Source: Planctomycetota bacterium
GTDB lineage: Bacteria > Planctomycetota > B15-G4 > SIAN01
Length of the DNA stretch: 24,000 bases
NCBI GenBank assembly: GCA_035695985.1
Contig: DASRRB010000351.1
Coordinates: 7,501-31,500 of the forward strand
Direction of reading: 5' to 3'
Position 1 is the stretch's first letter; each line of letters starts with the position of its first letter. The translations under genes and the position numbers were made by a program. Under the pieces are notes generated by a model. That model was not told the origin of the DNA and ran no database searches. It saw nothing but the letters and a program-made list of their open reading frames with translations. This document shows, piece by piece, positions 23,620-24,000 of the stretch.

Positions 23620-24000
23620 TCACTTGACCTTCGCGCCCTTCTTCCCGGCGACCGTCTTGCGCGGTCCCTTGCGGGTGCGGGCGTTGGTGCGCGTGCGCTG
23701 CCCCCGGACCGGCAGCCCCTTGCGGTGGCGGAGCCCCCGGAAGCTGCCGATCTCCTTCAGCCGCTGGACGTTGACCGCCACCTGGCGGCGCAGCGTGCCC
23801 TCGACCGGGTAGTTCTTGTCGATGTGCTCCTGCAGGCGCGCGAGCTCCTCCTCGGAGAGGTCCTTCGCGCGGATCTCCTGGTTGATCTCGAGGAGCTTGC
23901 AGACCCGCTTCGCCAGCGGGACCCCCACGCCATAGATGTAGGCGAGGGAGAAGGGGACCTTCTTGTCCCCGGGGATGTCGATGCCAAGGATGCGGGGCAT
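23620..24000 (-). CDS. rpsM: 30S ribosomal protein S13 (start codon is the last 3 nt of the window)
   Basis: MPRILGIDIPGDKKVPFSLAYIYGVGVPLAKRVC... and RGLRHRKGLPVRGQRTRTNARTRKG are S13 signatures. ATG at 23998-24000 (minus strand). Confidence 0.95.
   Translation of the reverse strand: MPRILGIDIPGDKKVPFSLAYIYGVGVPLAKRVCKLLEINQEIRAKDLSEEELARLQEHIDKNYPVEGTLRRQVAVNVQRLKEIGSFRGLRHRKGLPVRGQRTRTNARTRKGPRKTVAGKKGAKVK

Noticed and set aside
1-24000. Search for CRISPR arrays, tRNA/rRNA genes, IS elements/transposases, integrases, phage genes, toxin-antitoxin or restriction/defence modules
   Set aside because: No spaced direct-repeat arrays, cloverleaf-like segments or long terminal inverted repeats are visible by eye. 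No ORF has a recognisable transposase, integrase or nuclease-defence motif. Composition looks uniform with no obvious island. A computational scan (tRNAscan-SE, Infernal/Rfam, ISEScan, DefenseFinder/PADLOC) would be needed to confirm this.

Overview
High-GC (about 70% or more by eye) bacterial chromosomal core region that is almost fully coding. I support 22 CDSs. Left to right: the 3' part of recJ (+) is convergent with a minus-strand division/cell-wall (dcw) operon, which reads from 14.3 kb down to 1.0 kb as mraZ-rsmH-ftsL-ftsI-murE-murF-mraY-ftsW-[LysM protein]-murG-murC-murB. Upstream of the dcw promoter lies a 2-gene minus-strand operon of unknown function (HEAT-repeat lipoprotein plus Cys4 zinc-ribbon protein). 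It is divergent from dnaE (+), which is followed by a short-LID adk (+). adk is convergent with the distal end of the ribosomal alpha operon, rpsM-rpsK-rpsD-rpoA-rplQ (-). I found no rRNA, tRNA, CRISPR array, IS/transposase, integrase, toxin-antitoxin pair or recognisable defence island, so this looks like housekeeping DNA rather than an accessory region. Most of the very long ORFs in the six-frame track are antisense or out-of-frame artefacts of the high GC content; their translations are Arg/Ala/Pro/Gly-rich. Five things merit a second look. (1) The dcw cluster is non-canonical: murD is missing between mraY and ftsW, and the cluster ends at murB with no ddl/ftsQ/ftsA/ftsZ. (2) A membrane-anchored tandem-LysM protein is translationally coupled between ftsW and murG. 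(3) The uncharacterised HEAT-lipoprotein/Zn-ribbon pair sits directly upstream of mraZ. (4) A clear MraZ-type operator (GTGGG repeats at 10-bp phase) overlaps a sigma70-like promoter, which also argues for a shorter mraZ start. (5) There are smaller oddities: a structured rsmH-ftsL spacer, charged tails on RpoA and L17, a hairpin/uORF in the adk leader, and a GGA microsatellite in dnaE. The FtsZ-less cluster end is reminiscent of Planctomycetota-like lineages, but taxonomy cannot be established from this window.
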